Assembly: GCA_037447605.1 (NCBI GenBank) | Contig: CM074815.1 | Span: 1,798,001 to 1,862,000 of the forward strand | DNA length: 64,000 nucleotides | Direction of reading: 5' to 3' | Source of the DNA: Zygnema circumcarinatum SAG 698-1b | Taxonomy: Eukaryota; Plantae; Zygnematophyceae | Shown: in pieces, positions 62,352-64,000 of the stretch | How positions within the stretch are numbered: the stretch's first letter is position 1 | Layout of the letters: the number at the start of each line of letters is the position of its first letter | Program-made: the position numbers and the translations under genes | Notes under the pieces: generated by a model | Seen by the model: the letters and a program-made list of their open reading frames with translations, nothing else | Databases searched by the model: none | Told to the model about the DNA's origin: nothing

Positions 62352-64000
62352 CTACCAGATGGCCAGATAGCATCCTTTGAGCCCAAACGGAAGCGGCCCC
62401 CCCGCAGCCAGTAGCTTGGTGCCACTCGCATCATATCCATGCGTGTACACGGCCTGATGAATGCTCTGCCCTGCAAAGTGGGACTCGTAGACTTCATTTT
62501 GCTCCTGCAAGTTGCATCAGAAGGTAAAAAAGGGACCCTGCTACCGACATCAGTATGCAGAAATGAGCACAATCAATGTCACTCACTCACGTATCAAACA
62601 GCGCTAACTGTCCGAGGAGAATACGTCCAGTATGCTTTCTTTGGACTATGGGTTAGAGCTCCACGGCTAAGGCTGAAAGCGGGTCACGTCAAGGGAAGAT
62701 TGTCGTAGTTCTTCATTAGAGGAAGAACGCATAACGACTACCTGAACAACTGATAGCAACCTTAACCATTCTCTACCCAAAAAAACTGCGCCAATAATAA
62801 GCAATACTTTCGTACCTGACCACCTTAGAAAAAAAGCCTATTCGCCATAGTCTGGGATGAACCATGTTTAGGTTAAAGATGTCAGATAAAAAGCCACCTT
62901 TTAGATGTCCTTATCCTTATTTGAAGAGTGATGCATAGAAATCATAGGCAGATGAATGAAACTCACCAACGTTCCCTTTCCAGTAGAATACGAGATAAGA
63001 TCGATAGTTCTTGGTGGTATTCGGTGAACCTGAGATAACGCTGCTGCCTGAAACTCGACCGTTGGGGCAGTTTCTGCAATCAATCACAGCTCAAAACTAT
63101 CAGCCTCTTAAGAATGTTGATGTTCTTCATCGTCATCCAGAGCCTGCTACATGTTGCCTGACGATTTTACTGAAAAACGGCCACAACAAAGAAAGAAAAC
63201 CATGCATCCGACAATGCGTGCTGCCACTTACTCAGCTGAATATATTTTTCCGTCCGAAGGTCCAAGAAGGATATTCTGCCTTTGCCACCACCGCAGGTAA
63301 CAACGTTGTCCTTGAAACTTAATGAGCGCACACCTGCATATATTACAGACAAAGAGATGAAGTCAAACACAGCTAGTGGTAGGTCCATGTTAGTTTTAGC
63401 AACAAGTGCAGAAAGACGGAAGTTCCCAGTATAGAGACTTGCCCCAGTTCTCATCAGCCGATCTGAATGTTCTAACGTGTCCACATCTTGCGTCGACAAA
63501 TGCAACAAACGATTGTGATCCGACGGCCACCAGCGAGTGATCCATAGCCAGACACACCAGCTCTCTTTTTTCCGGTAAATCCACTGTACGGTCCTGTAAA
63601 AGCATTCAGATATATTCATGATACAATCCTGTATCTTTTCCTGTCCTTCCCAATGGTTGTCCTCATTCCTCATATCCAGCAACTACAAAACCGCCGGATC
63701 GTTCTCGAAAGGTCAAGCAAGCAGAATAAATCAGCCATGATTGCAGGCACGTTTCTCGAGAAATCATCATAATCAACTCTCCACCTTCCATGCTTGCATC
63801 GCTGTGGGCGACCTGATATGATAGAGAACTGCTAACGAAAGCAATCCCTGTCTATTTGAGAAGTGTAACCCATGGGCATGCTTGAGCGAGCCACAAATCA
63901 AGCCATTAAATGAGCTAATGAGGATGAGATGCAGGTCAGCTCGCTGTCATCAGGCGGTGAAAATCTTACCACTTCCATAACATGTGGATCCCATATTTTG
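62352..64000 (-). CDS. DCAF12: DCAF12-like WD40 protein, 3' part (5' end beyond the window)
   Basis: KRELVCLAMDHSLVAVGSQSFVAFVDARC...ENWG|VRSLSFKDNVVTCGGGKGRISFLDLR...TGKG...AVYTHGYDASGTKLLAAGGPLPFGLKGCYLAIW*, matching recalled DCAF12 C-terminal blades. TAG at 62352-62354. Confidence 0.75.

Noticed and set aside
63267-63274. U12-type donor ATATCCTT on the minus strand
   Set aside because: It lies inside the coding sequence GRISFLDLR, not at a splice junction.

Overview
Gene-dense, intron-rich eukaryotic nuclear DNA from a streptophyte. A streptophyte alga or bryophyte-grade plant is the best guess, inferred from plant-type gene families plus a DCAF12-like gene. Fourteen spliced protein-coding genes were reconstructed by reading GT-AG exons: BTB/POZ At1g04390-like (partial), O-fucosyltransferase, an FCP1/NIF HAD phosphatase with a long repeat tail, a USP-glutaredoxin-DEP-DUF547 multidomain protein, an RRM-STEEP1(CXorf56) fusion, seipin, an At2g38695-like plastid membrane protein, a C-terminal J-domain protein, a DUF3119 protein, a small coiled-coil protein, an eIF4B-motif/CCHC-knuckle protein, NUP155, mitochondrial-type RPL21 and a DCAF12-like WD40 (partial). 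Four of the pairs are head-to-head. The main accessory region (about 9.95-13.0 kb) holds a (CCCT)n tract and two pairs of nested non-autonomous DNA transposons. Other non-coding signals are GTAC-dense and CGATA-dense promoter blocks, a G-box/ABRE cluster and a 71-bp palindromic CCAAT tandem repeat upstream of seipin, interstitial TTTTTAGGG telomere-like arrays, and a candidate intronic C/D snoRNA. No CRISPR, rRNA, tRNA or autonomous transposase was found. No complete novel multi-gene system is demonstrable. The best novelty candidates are three domain fusions and the recurrent GTAC promoter blocks. Family assignments come from recalled motifs, not from database searches.
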